A stretch of DNA of 64,000 nt from Styela clava (taxonomy: Eukaryota), in the NCBI RefSeq assembly GCF_964204865.1, contig NC_135254.1, positions 17,236,001 to 17,300,000 on the forward strand, written 5' to 3'. Position 1 is the first letter of the stretch. Each line of letters opens with the position of its first letter. Made by a program: the position numbers and the translations under genes. This document shows positions 51,979 through 64,000 of the stretch, in pieces. Under the pieces are notes generated by a model. It ran no database searches. It had not been told where the DNA came from and saw only the letters and a list, made by a program, of their open reading frames with translations.

Positions 51979-54252
51979 AAATTTTAATTCGATTGTTTAT
52001 TTTTTTCTTTCGTACCACCCATTCCTGCCTGGGCCCTAACTAACGACTACTTTTTATGAATTAATGAAATTAATGCTAACTATAATTAATTACCGGTAAT
52101 GAAAACACTGATCACGAATAAATAGTCACTTAATACCACAGTCGCATACACACCACATAATTTGCTGGTAGTCAACGATGAGGTACTGAAAACTTGGGCA
52201 TTAAGAGCTGACTAATGATTGATTGTTTGCTTTTTTTTCAAATCGTCTCCTGTTATGTCAAAAGAAGGATACGATATGATTTTACATATTTATCCCGGGG
52301 AAAGAGAAAGCCGATGAGACAGCCCAGCCATATGGCGAACCACGCCCGGTTGCCATTCCATGTCGGGTATGGGATTAGTTAGTTATTTGTTTTTTGGAAG
52401 CATGGACTTGGATGGTGGAGGAAGCAAACCTGCGACCCACGCAGATTAATCAGAGGTGCGGTGGTGAGCGTATTCCTTTTAACGCTTAGCAAGATGCGCC
52501 ACGCCGCCGAGCAATCATTTAACAATTGAACAGCCTCGACTCTCCTATCGTTACTTCGGGGAAGGTCTTTCATCAATCTTAACCTAATGCTTTGAGCTAT
52601 ATTTACGACTCATTGTGTGCAGGTTGTCTAGTCAGTGATCAGAGCGTTGGATCTATGTTGGCTTCGCAGGTCAAAAATAACTCATTAACTTGGTTTGACA
52701 AGAGACATGGTTCGCAATATGATTTTTAATTTTATCCAAATCCTCTGTCTCGCCATAAATATGTAAATCGTTTCCCATGACACCTCGGTCAAGATGTAAT
52801 TAATTGGGAAGGCCATGACGAGAAAAATTGACTCGAACCCGAGATACCCCAGTCTTTTCAAAAATAGTAGCATCGTAAATATATACTACTACGTAGCACA
52901 CCAAACGTATTAGTGACTCGTCATACATAGCTTTGTTCGGAGTGAAAAGATACAAGAAAGGAATTCAGCACTTTTGGTCGTTGGTACGTAGAAATCTAAA
53001 AAATAAATCGATTTTATTACCCACTCCCAACGACTCCCAACATACCGCCCACTCCCAAGATCTAAAAATGACAATCAGTCGTTGATGACAATGTAGCAAA
53101 ATATTATGTGAGGTTAAAGGTCGGAGAAGCATTAGGTTCGAGAAAATTTCCAACCTGTTCAAGTTCCCTAAAATCAAATTAGTGCTAGCCTATATCCTTG
53201 CATTTTTGGACAGGTTAAGGTACGGTATGATGAGATAAATCCTTTAATTTAGTAATTTAAGTGTAATGTGGTATTGGTAGTAGGTACGAAAAAATTGTTG
53301 CACATTAAAATTAGGCGACATATCAGACTACCCGCAGCTGTTTTTTTCATCGTACCGTAACGTGCGGTACCTGTAAGTAAAATTTTTCAATTCCAAATAT
53401 TAATTTTATTTTGACTTCATAATCAGCATAACACAAGATCAAATAATTGATAAAAACAAATAAATGAAAACTGATCAGGAAATCACGAAAGAAAGTACAA
53501 CCTTCAGTAAGGCAGGCAGAGATCCACATATTTAGCCTATTTCTTGTGGTGCAAAAACATTGTACATTAAAACAAATACTAAAAATTGAATGAATACATT
53601 GAGAAACATACAATATTTGAACTACAAACTGCAGAAAAGGCCAGAGCCAAAAGAAATGGTAGACGTGTTAATATTAGGTACGGTAACGTACCGTATATTT
53701 TATTACTTGTGAATGTATGAGGTATTGGAAAATTATGAATCTCCTCCATGCAGCCATTGGTGTAGGTCTGTAGGTGGGCGGTGCCCCACCACCGATAAGC
53801 ACTGTTTTGTTATTACTCCTCCATAAGCACTGTCTTGTTATTACTCTCGCCGGCATCGGCGTCGAGAGAGGCCGAAACGAAAAGAGTCCGCTAGTTTTCT
53901 AGAGATTTTAGTTTCCGGGTCTATTTTGTTTAATTATGTTCATCTTGCTATTTTTTTTGTTACCCTCTCGGGCTCTGTTTTATGCTGTTTTGTTCCATTT
54001 GCAACGTTTTGCGCAACAGAAAGACAGTGCAAAATGATGGGGAGAAAATACCACGAAGCAGAATATTGCCTTGTTTTCTCCTGTTTTCCATTAGCTTCAC
54101 ACTTAGCCGTGTTTTAAGTAAGTATTGAGACTGATTAAGATTTTGGTTACTATTACACAACACAGTTACAGCATTACAATTAGGTCTACGACCGATTTAT
54201 AGTTACTGAACCAGCAAGTTGTTCATGATTTGTTAGTTGACTCAACAGGGAA

Positions 54253-55164
54253 ATGGATTCCGATGAAGAGCGGGGAGAATCTGTGTTGGAAATGGCATTT
54301 AGCTTGATTAAAAATGGATTTGGTGGTTCGTACCAGAGAACAAATCCTAAACGCATTCACGCCCAAGATTTGATCATGCCTAATGCCTCAGGATGTAGTC
54401 CTATAAGCAACTCGGAAACCTTACCAAAAGACGAACTTGTTGCTCGAACAACAGGGAGTACTTCGTTAAATGGAAATACTGTAATTTCTCAGCAGGAATC
54501 TAATTCTAGTATGCCTTTCGCTAGGCATGTTGCTGAAAATGTTTACAATATGCCTACATCACCTTATATGCAAGAAATGATGCCTTACGATAGGCATGTT
54601 GCTGAAAATGTTTACAATATGCCCACATTACCTTATATGAAAGAGATGATGGGATACAATGGAGAAGTGTCTCTTGAAGACAACAATGCACAACTCATGA
54701 ATAACAAGTTAACTTCTGTTTTTCTAACATATGGCGACGAAGCATCTATACCATCGGTTATTGAGATTTATAAGTTTCTGAAACAAAACCTAGTTGAACC
54801 TCACGTAGACTTTATGGAGCAATCTATCAGGAACTGCAACAAAAATGTTTGGGCTAACGATAGAATAAGAGAATCTTCATTTATTATTGTCTGTGTTAAT
54901 GCAAACTACAATCAAATAGTTAATAAGTGCATGGCGACAGCTGACAATGATGATGCTAGTTATGCAGCTTATACCTTTAATGCACTTCAATCCATGTTTA
55001 TCCACAATGGTTGTTTGAATTACAAAGTCATACCAGTTTTGATTGATGGTGCAGTATTTAGTAGCTTGCCACTGTGTTTTCAAAGTACAGATGTCTATAG
55101 ATGGCCTGACAAAAGGGTTGAATTACTGGACAGAATTTTCAAAAACTTTTCTAAACATATTTAA
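54253..55164 (+). CDS. SEFIR-domain protein, Act1/CIKS (TRAF3IP2)-like, 303 aa with a low-complexity N-terminus
   Basis: VFLTY...FLKQN...HVDFME...W...FIIVCVN.NY...MFIHNGCLNYKVIPVL...LP..FQSTDVYRWP...LL.RI parallels the Act1 SEFIR boxes (VFITY, IDIFE, EFIKQGSMNFRFIPVL, VYSWP). Confidence 0.88.
   Translation: MDSDEERGESVLEMAFSLIKNGFGGSYQRTNPKRIHAQDLIMPNASGCSPISNSETLPKDELVARTTGSTSLNGNTVISQQESNSSMPFARHVAENVYNMPTSPYMQEMMPYDRHVAENVYNMPTLPYMKEMMGYNGEVSLEDNNAQLMNNKLTSVFLTYGDEASIPSVIEIYKFLKQNLVEPHVDFMEQSIRNCNKNVWANDRIRESSFIIVCVNANYNQIVNKCMATADNDDASYAAYTFNALQSMFIHNGCLNYKVIPVLIDGAVFSSLPLCFQSTDVYRWPDKRVELLDRIFKNFSKHI
54511..54648 (+). repeat. In-frame coding tandem duplication, 2 x 69 bp (23 aa)
   Basis: MPFARHVAENVYNMPTSPYMQEM / MPYDRHVAENVYNMPTLPYMKEM. 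Confidence 0.92.
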
Positions 55165-56228
55165 TCATCAGGGTGATCCAAGATAATTTCACCCATAAAT
55201 TTCTTGACTACTTTTGAATTACAGAAATGAGACAAAATTTAATCTAACACTTCAACTTCTATATGATTGTACCCTAAAGTTTCAACCTATTACACTTTGC
55301 ACTAATATTCTGTTCTTTCTAGAGTATGTATGACAATATATATCTTTTTCATGAAACTTTAGAGCTGAGTTTGGTCATGTGGTGGTATTAAGTAAAATAA
55401 GCTAAAACCAAACAGTGATGTCACAATGAGCATGTACATTTTCTATAACATAAGCATAGAGCGATGCCTAGAGGCCTGTTTTACAGTAAGCCATGGCCCA
55501 TGGTACAAACTGCCAAATTTAACATGGTTTGTTAAATCGTAGATGATTTGTAAAGTGAAAAGTAAAATCAGTTTTGCACATAGTATTGTGGCCCCCATCC
55601 AACTGATCATTTGGGAACTGCTGATCTTTGATGGTCTGTAAATGAGGTTTTCTTCATCTTGGATACATTTATTTTTTTAGATTTGGCAAGGCATTATTCA
55701 CAATCCTTCATTCTGGTTTGTGTAATATGGTGTTAATGCATAGATAGTAATAAATAGATATGGCCAGCTCAATATCAATGTGATTTTACATCAATATAGT
55801 TGTTCTTCTGTTGCAATATATAAGTCCTGTATCAAATGTTTCATAGAAGATATATATCCTAGTGATTGCATGTACCATGAAATACCTATTCAACTGTTTC
55901 CTTAATGTAATGAAATTCCAATCAGCTTTCTAAATATTAATTTTGCCTTCCAAAGAATTGTGATATACCATATCTAAAATTTGAACAATTTCTTCATAAC
56001 TGTAGCTTTTTATCTATAATGCTCATATGTCACCATAATGCTCAGATACTTAGTTCCAAGATCCTTTCATTCGAGGTGACCAAAAACCAAATATGTTGCA
56101 TTTCTATAATCGTAATAAGTTTCCAGTCTTTTTTTCTTCAAAGTTGTGCTTCACCTGTTTTTGGTGCTTATTAATCTATTCATATCATGTATTTGTTTTA
56201 GTTTTTTAAGTAATAGGTGTGATTAATT

Positions 56229-56744
56229 ATGCCATCACTATTTCTCACTTACGGTCCACATGATGAGAGGACCGTAGAAAAGGTAAAAGAAATTCACGAC
56301 TATCTCCGTACCGAACAGTCTATCCATTGCCATGTTGACTACAAAGACTTGAGAACCAGAAGCATGAACGTCAACATGTGGATAAATGACAATTTGGGGC
56401 GAGACTTTGTGTTGGTGGGCATTGGTAAAGGTTATACAGAATACACATGTAGCTATCTAAGCACAGATGATACTGATGACCCAAATAGAAGTTATAATGG
56501 GTCAATATTTGACAGACTGCAGTCGGAAATTATTCATAATGGTTGTTGGAATAAACGCTATATTCCTATATTATTGGACGGTGCTACAGATGATGATCTT
56601 CCAAGTATTTTGCGAACTACAACATTGTATCATTGGCCGAAAGACCAGCAAAAGCTACTGGACAGATTATTAGGAAGACAAGAATTTAAACCGCCTCTCA
56701 GAGGATCAAGGCCTATAGCCGTTGTCAAGTCTGTTCTCGGTTAA
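56229..56744 (+). CDS. SEFIR-only protein, Act1/CIKS-like, 171 aa
   Basis: LFLTYG...HVDY...MW...FVLVGI...EIIHNGCWNKRYIPILL...LYHWPKD...LLDRLLGRQEFKPPLRG matches the Act1 C-terminus (LLRLLREEEYVAPPRG); clear paralog of the SEFIR domain in 54253-55164. Confidence 0.88.
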   Translation: MPSLFLTYGPHDERTVEKVKEIHDYLRTEQSIHCHVDYKDLRTRSMNVNMWINDNLGRDFVLVGIGKGYTEYTCSYLSTDDTDDPNRSYNGSIFDRLQSEIIHNGCWNKRYIPILLDGATDDDLPSILRTTTLYHWPKDQQKLLDRLLGRQEFKPPLRGSRPIAVVKSVLG

Positions 56745-58016
56745 TCTAATGTAGCATATCGCTGATTGTGATTTCTACTAGTATTCGCTTCCTTTGACAA
56801 TATTCATATGAAGAATTTGTTTTAACTCAGCCCACTGTCTTTATTCTATTTGTGCGAATTGCTTCAAACCAATGTGTTATATCCTATGTACTTATACATC
56901 TGCTAAAATATATATAAATCAAGTAACTTGCGTCAAACATTTTCAGAAACTGAACAGAACAGGAGCCATCTTTTGGTCTCGGTTGCAAAGTTGCACATGT
57001 TTTATTTTTGATTATAGGTAGTGTGCCTTATTTCCATGGCTCGGCAGTGTGGCAGATCATGCTAAGTAAGCATTGGGAATACGTTCACTACCGCACCTCT
57101 GATACTCTACGTGATTAATCACATGTGAGAGAGAGAGACGATTGTGGTCTACGAGTTTGTCCACCATAGTTCTGGCTATCAGAGTTTTGCCATACGATTA
57201 AGAAGCCACCTTCCCTTTCCCCCGGAAAACAATGTGAAACCTAGTTTGCCTCACAAGTCTGCGTCTGCCTGAATTCTCAGTGACAAGCTAAATGGCTATT
57301 TAATAACCCACAGAAAAAAACTAACCTCTCTAGGAGACTTGGGCAACTTTAACACTTCCAACCACAGATAAATAAATATTATGATATTAAGTGCTTCATT
57401 GGAATATATCAAGGTGAAAAAAACCATTTAGACAATTTGAAATTTCACTGAAGACTAATCATTCAATATAAAAGTGAATGTAATTGTTTGAAGAAAATGG
57501 AATAATAGGCTTGGGTGAGTACCTCACCAGTAATGACGTTCTTTCACAGTGGCAAACAAATGGAAAAAACAAGATATATGAACATAAACCTGGACGAAAA
57601 CAATTTGCCATATCAAATAGACTGATGCCTATTATTAATGCTATATATTCCGATTTAAAGCTAAATAATGACTTAAAATTTGCCCATAGTCCCAAGGTCT
57701 CGATCAGAATTACACCCCGTGGATGAAAAATCGTCAAATCGAATACAGAATTTGGGTATGTATAGTGTATGCTTAACATGGTTTGGTCCACATGTAAAGA
57801 AAATTGAGTAGCACTTATAAAAGATCAACATTTAGGGCGACTTGGCTCCGCTTTCAAAGCGGAATAAATGTCTGTTAATGTAATTGATACTTGAATGTTA
57901 TTACATTCATTGAATAAAATTTTAATTTGTTTTTATAACAAAACCAAGGCAGAAGAATACGGTCCATACAAGAATAATCTTTTCGCTAAAATAGAAATAA
58001 ATCTTGGGTTATAAAG

Positions 58017-61000
58017 CTACATTTGATTCCTGTTCCCTTTGTATTCATCCTTTCCATATGTGACTTCTTCCAATCTCACATCTTCATCATCATTTGTAGC
58101 GTGCTGTTGTTGTTCTTTGACATTTTTCTCGTAAATATTGAGCCAGTTGTAAGGTTTGCAGTAGCAAAAAAACACATATATATTGCGACAGATCCCAAGA
58201 TGGAAGGGATTGTCAACTTGAATCTTTTGAAGATATGTAATTCTAGAAAATAGTCAAAAATATCTGGCATTATTGTGGTCAAGGTCAAGGGTGTAGCCAA
58301 GAAATTTCAAGCTACGAAAAATTGATATATATGATACAGAAAAATGCTTTTTATTTTTTTGACCATTGAAAAATTTAAGTCATTATTACAATAAGCCGTG
58401 GCCATGTTGGTGTAGCATTTATCACAGAGAAGTTAGCTGTGGCCTATTAACTATGATGGAGATTGGAGAAACTTCTTTCATAGACGCAATTCAATTTTTA
58501 ATTTAACTGCCGTATTTTCGACAATACAGGACTCAAGTTTGTAACTGATTGTCGGGAGATTCTAATAAATAAAAATGTTAGTTCTATGCATACGTAAACA
58601 TCAGATTTTACACTGTGCATGCTAAAAACTCAATTGACAAACATGAGGGAAGACTTGATATAACAGAGATTCATATTACCTGTGTCTGCTCATACTCTCC
58701 CACGTTGTGTGGTTTGAGAAAACCATGTAAGTGTGTATCGCACAAAGAGATCCAACGACAAACAAGAATATGGCTAATATTACATCAACCAATAATAAGA
58801 GTACATTGTTGTGAATCCATTCTTTGGAACTTGAAGAACTTTTATATCCAGTACTGAATAAATGAAATTGAACTTGAATCTTCATTCAACTAATGATTAA
58901 GCTATAATATTAACAATGCAATAATTTTATAAAAATCATATTCAAATTGTCACCAGAGCAATTCAATAAGACGGTTTTCCGCGAGCCCCTGGGGTCTGTG
59001 ATGACAGCCCATAGGGTCCGCAACTATATGAAAAGAGTCTGATTGATCTTTAATGATTGATTTCAATCCAAAAGCCATTGCATCATAGCGGATGAATATC
59101 CATTGCTGTCCGAAACGACAATTAATTATACATGTGTGGGGCATTAGGCAAAGAGTTGGACCTACAAGTTTGCTTGTCACAAATTGCTCTGAGAATCGAT
59201 AAATTGTGCAATGAAAAGCAACTTCATCCATCACATCAATTTGTTTGTGTTGTGATGTAAATGAAACATTATCCTTCCTCGTTGGTTAGGCGCAGAAATT
59301 GATACAGCATAGGATGAGGGTCCATCAAAAATAATGTTCACAAACAGGGGTCCGTGGAAACACCGGACTAGGATAACCTAATATTATCACATTAGTAAAC
59401 CAGCATAGGAAGTGAGACCTGATATAGCTCTATTATACATAAAATATAAACAATGTATGAGTCTGATTATATCAAAGCATTATGATTTATGACAAAACCG
59501 TTCCAATATCAATTTTGTCACACAATATTCACTGTGATAAATTGCGTTATTTTAGAAGATCGGCCAAGCTTCTGTCCTCAAAAATTCAAAGAGTTTGTTG
59601 TAATAATACATTACAAAGTACTAAATATGTTACCGTGCCAGAGTTAGAACCAGTTGAGCACTGGGCATCGGAAATTCTCGCATGAAATGACAATGATACA
59701 CAAAATGGAGAGTTAACAAGACTTACGTTGATATATAAATGCTCCATGAAATTAAGAGAAATTCATATGTTAAAAACACCCAAAACCATCTGTGATTTCT
59801 TTCTCCAACACAATTTGCCACCCACGGACAGTGGTGATCAAATTTTCTCACACAGTGTTTACATTCTCGACAATGACGTGCCCTCAATGGTCTCTGAATA
59901 GAAAAATGGTAATATATACTCAAAAACCTGCTTTCATGTAAGTTGCATATGTCAATCAATGAAGAAATTTGGTCAATATATACCAGATGAAAACACAAAG
60001 AGTATTCACTCTTGTATCCCTAGCAGAGAAAATGCTTGCAGAACTTGGAAATGAAAACAGTTCTCAAATTTCTCAGACAAAAAATACTATGGTACTGCGA
60101 TTCATATAAAGAGTTCATATATTATTGTGAGTTAATGATCAAATTTACCTACATAATGAATCAACTTCATTAAGCAACCAAATAAGATAACTGAAATATT
60201 CTGATATCATTTCTGAGTATTCAAATGCGGAATCTATTATTTGCCTGACACATAGTCACTTTGGATACATGAAATTAATTTGCGTTTTTTGCACTACTTA
60301 TTACCGGTAGGCTATATGACATATTTATACGCCTTTTGCACTGAACAAGGCTATGCTCAAGAAGTAACTGCGATAAAAAAGACTACTATAGTTTGAAATG
60401 TATTACACCCTGAATGAGGAGGTGGGCATGACATGGTAATCTGCAACACCATCACGGTCAAGTTTAAAGCTTAAACCACTAGGTCACCATGCCAACCAAG
60501 TATTATTGTTGCCTTTATCATTTTGATATTCACAAGAAGATTTTTCAAAAAACTATTCATTAGTTCAGGTTACTCCTAATAAAAACAACTTGATTACCTA
60601 CTAATAAACCTGTTAAATAAACAACAACTAACTTCTAAACCACAAAATCCACATCTTTGATGGGGCTCCAAGTTGAAACGATTTTTATCAGTTTTTCTGT
60701 TTCTTGATTCCGGTTCATTATTTGGTAACATGCTTTGCTTTTCTTCTTCGGATGAAAAATTAGAGTTTTCGTGTTCCTGTCTGTGCGATCTCATTTCATA
60801 TAATTCAACTTCATCATCACTATCATCCATCACAAGAGAGATCTGTAAAAGATTATGACAGAATATCTGTAAACCTAATAGTATAACAGTACTTTATATC
60901 AGTGTTTCTCAATGTGATTCCTTTGCCCATAAGAAAGGAGATTCAAGCTTGAATCTGGAACAAAGTTTGGAAGTTCAACTTGACAAGCTGATCGATACAC

Positions 61001-63585
61001 GCAAGGATTAGTTTGGGCATTGACATTCGAGCATTTTTGCCCCCATGAGTGGGGGAGGCCAGGGTTACTGGCAAATGAACTGAAAGTACATAAAACAATT
61101 CAGGTAATTAATGAAAAATCACAAAAGAATATAGGTTGAGAGACACTGCTTTACGTTAAATAATACCACAAAGCGACTAAATTGGGCCATTCTCAAGATT
61201 ATTAATATTAGAAGAATTGCGTGCATTCGAACAATTCACAGATTGCATATTTCTACCGACGCGAGAAATGGCAGCTGCATCCATCTAACCTTTGGCAATT
61301 TGTATGCTATATATCGAACCTGAGTTTTACAGGGCAAACAGAAGAATCTGTTTTGCAGTTACCGTAGGTTTTTATGCTATACAATTTTGTTAATGAGGCT
61401 TTGTCTGCTTTTATAAATAGTTATTAAAGAAACCTAATATCCACAATTCAATTCAGTCTCTGGCAGGTTTGTCACTGTATTTTCACATCATCACACACTA
61501 TGTGATACGATATAAAAGAACCCACTTCTACCTAGAGGTCAATAACAGTATAAAGCCAAGTCTAGTAAAATGATAGATTTGAAAAGCACTTCAGCGATGG
61601 CCAAAAATTAAATGATTTACTATACTAATGGTCTTTCGAATATTTATATTTTGGGTCAAGTAAAAAATAGACATTCACAGAAATCATTGCAAATTTGTAT
61701 GAATTGGATTTGGTAGTGCAGAATACCGTAGTTTTTTTTATAAACATTTTTTGATTGATTTTCTATTTTTTATAGTCAAAAGTTGAATGATGGCATAATT
61801 TTAAAATCCTAATATATCACAAATTTGTCATATTCTACATTTACAGCATCCATGAAGCCACTGTAATAGTCGAGCCCATTTTTTTCATAATCATTGAAAT
61901 ATCATATCAGACGGTTAAGACCATATGCAAACATCAAATGTCTTTTTTATTTGTTTACCATACCTCTCTCACGTCTGAGTCTGAACGTTTCACATACCCA
62001 GGGTCCATACATGATACAGTGAAATATAGAACTAATGATGCAAGAGTAACTGAACCAAATGCAATAGGAAGTGAATATGCACCGGAATCAATATGTGATC
62101 GTAGTACTGAAACATAAAAGCAATATGTTCACTAATTGAATCAAAGCATACTTAGTTAATCACAGCTGTTTCATGATGAAAATAAAGTGCTTTTATCACA
62201 TCGATTCAATACAAATTTTACATTGGAATTTTTTAATGCCTATGGCGCTATACTTAGACAACAAAGAATGAAAACAGGCCCTATGATTTAATTTATAAAT
62301 TCCCTTACGTTGCATTAAATGAAATGTAGAGGGACGCCAACAAATCTGATTGAATTAGCAATTATTTAACTTGACACATGATAAGTCGAGCATGAATAAT
62401 TCAGGAAATCAATAGAAGGTGAAGCAAGGGTTAACTTGTCTTCCAGGGACATCAATCCTAAATAACTCCTAATGGTATGTTACAAACCATTTGAATTATT
62501 TATATACTATTTCTATTAAAAAAAAATTGAACCATTTTGACTCGTCCCTAATCCATATAAACTAAAACTTCTTCCTAGTTTAATTTAATGAAGTTTAAAT
62601 TAAAAATCAATATGCTCTTACAAGTTACAACATATGGCTGAGGAAAGGAGTGCTTGTTAGTTACTATAGAATCAACAAAAAATATTTTTTGATAGCAATC
62701 TCAAACTTCCTTGAGAAACTAATTAACAAATTAGCATTATTAATCAAGTGAGACACAATAAATATGTTGGTCATCATTGCTGTAGTGCAGATTGGAGTGA
62801 AAAAACAGCAAAAACCTCCTGCATTTGGAATTCCGTAACCAAAAAAAACGTGACAAGAAGTGCCAGTATAAATAATTAAAAAGGTCAAAGTTATTATGCA
62901 TCCTTGATAATTTCTTAGGGAATATACCGTCATTAAAAGTCACTATAACCATCACCAATATATTTGTCTTTTTCGTTAACAAATGTGACTGAGACAATAA
63001 TATTGAGTTTTAACAGTCTTAAATGAATTTAGATGAAGAATTGATAACATTTTATGTTATTAAATGACAAAATGTTGAACGCAAGTTGTATTGAAAAATA
63101 AAATAAAAGTTTGTCTAATGCACAATATGTAAATCTGAAGCAAAGATATTACTCAACCATGAACCGATTTCGATGAATGGATTTTAGCAGTCAATGATTT
63201 AAAAAAAATATAATATATTATCACATTTATTGAAGCTTCATTCAATTATCCTTGAGATTATGAGTCATGTACACCCTGGAAGTGTCAACAAACAAAGTGC
63301 GGAGAAATGTAATTGCTGTCAATTCATCCCTGATACATACTGCTAAATAACATCAAAAAATATTTCCTTTATTGAACATATTCAAATGTTAACAAAACTT
63401 TTTGTTGTGTTTTGAACCATTAACACAAAAATTGGTAATCATTGATAAACCATAAACTGATAAAACTTACCAGTTTGTGTTCCCATGAGAGCAATCATAA
63501 TAGCTAGGGTGAGAACAACATGTACGGTGCGTGAGATTACTTTTATGGTACTATTGCTTTTGCCTTTTTTGAGATTATCCGCCAT
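58017..63585 (-). CDS. ZDHHC12: DHHC palmitoyltransferase, ZDHHC12-like; 6 coding exons (about 63471-63585, 61964-62106, 60632-60841, 59727-59893, 58680-58853, 58017-58242)
   Basis: [59 protein letters not shown] and [17 protein letters not shown]...NPF.LG..RN...FFC are all collinear with ZDHHC12. Confidence 0.93.
60900..61148. mobile_element. hAT-like MITE in a ZDHHC12 intron
   Basis: TIRs cagtgtttctcaa / ttgagagacactg; degenerate 8-bp TSD CTTTATAT / CTTTACGT. Confidence 0.7.
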
Positions 63586-64000
63586 GATACTGATTCAATT
63601 TTGATAGCAAACATCAGAATAAGACTCAGTAAATAAGAGCAAACCTCTCACAAGGCTCGCTAATAGTTTCCAGTGTCTTCCTAGCTACGAATATTTTATA
63701 ATATTATCCACTAGTCTAATATATTAATCTAATTAGTCTGTTAGAAATAAAAACGATATCAGTACATAAAAAAATCTTAAAACTTCTATTTTATAAATCA
63801 TTCATAAATAAAAGAATAGTCATACAGACATAAAAATTAGCTCTGTAGCAGGTTTTTAAATAATCCTATGTTTTGCCAAGTCACCTTAGTTAAATTAATT
63901 AAAGATTGGCAAATACATCAAATGATTGATGAGGATCAATTACAGAATGAGGAACAGCCAACAATTTACCAGACCACAATTTCAGAATTCGTGGTGTTCA

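Noticed and set aside
53872-53886. ISRE-like GAAACGAAAAG upstream of the SEFIR genes
   Set aside because: Spacing departs from GAAANNGAAA; too weak alone in AT-rich DNA.

Overview
AT-rich, intron-rich animal genomic DNA. Gene content and the MITE/SINE landscape suggest a marine invertebrate, possibly an ascidian (inference). In order, the window contains: (1) a 3-exon gene missed by the ORF track, encoding a 112-aa secreted, cationic, Gly-terminated peptide precursor (antimicrobial-peptide-like). Its first intron holds a 186-bp inverted copy of its own third exon. (2) A full-length, very young BEL/Pao LTR retrotransposon (5218-13295) with 922-bp LTRs, a GAACT TSD, a C-terminal integrase frameshift, no canonical PBS and an NF-kB/IRF/NF-kB motif cluster in U3. 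It is inserted into a perfect palindrome. (3) A minus-strand membrane-anchored EPN-type C-type lectin. (4) A ~25-exon ATF6 gene. (5) A kynureninase-family gene with an intact PLP core but replaced substrate-pocket loops. (6) Two tandem intronless Act1/CIKS-like SEFIR ORFs. (7) ZDHHC12 on the minus strand. Introns and intergenic regions carry many hAT, Merlin-like and Tc1/pogo-like MITEs and a SINE family. Exon models were assembled by eye from GT-AG sites and reading-frame continuity; family assignments rest on recalled motifs, not database searches.
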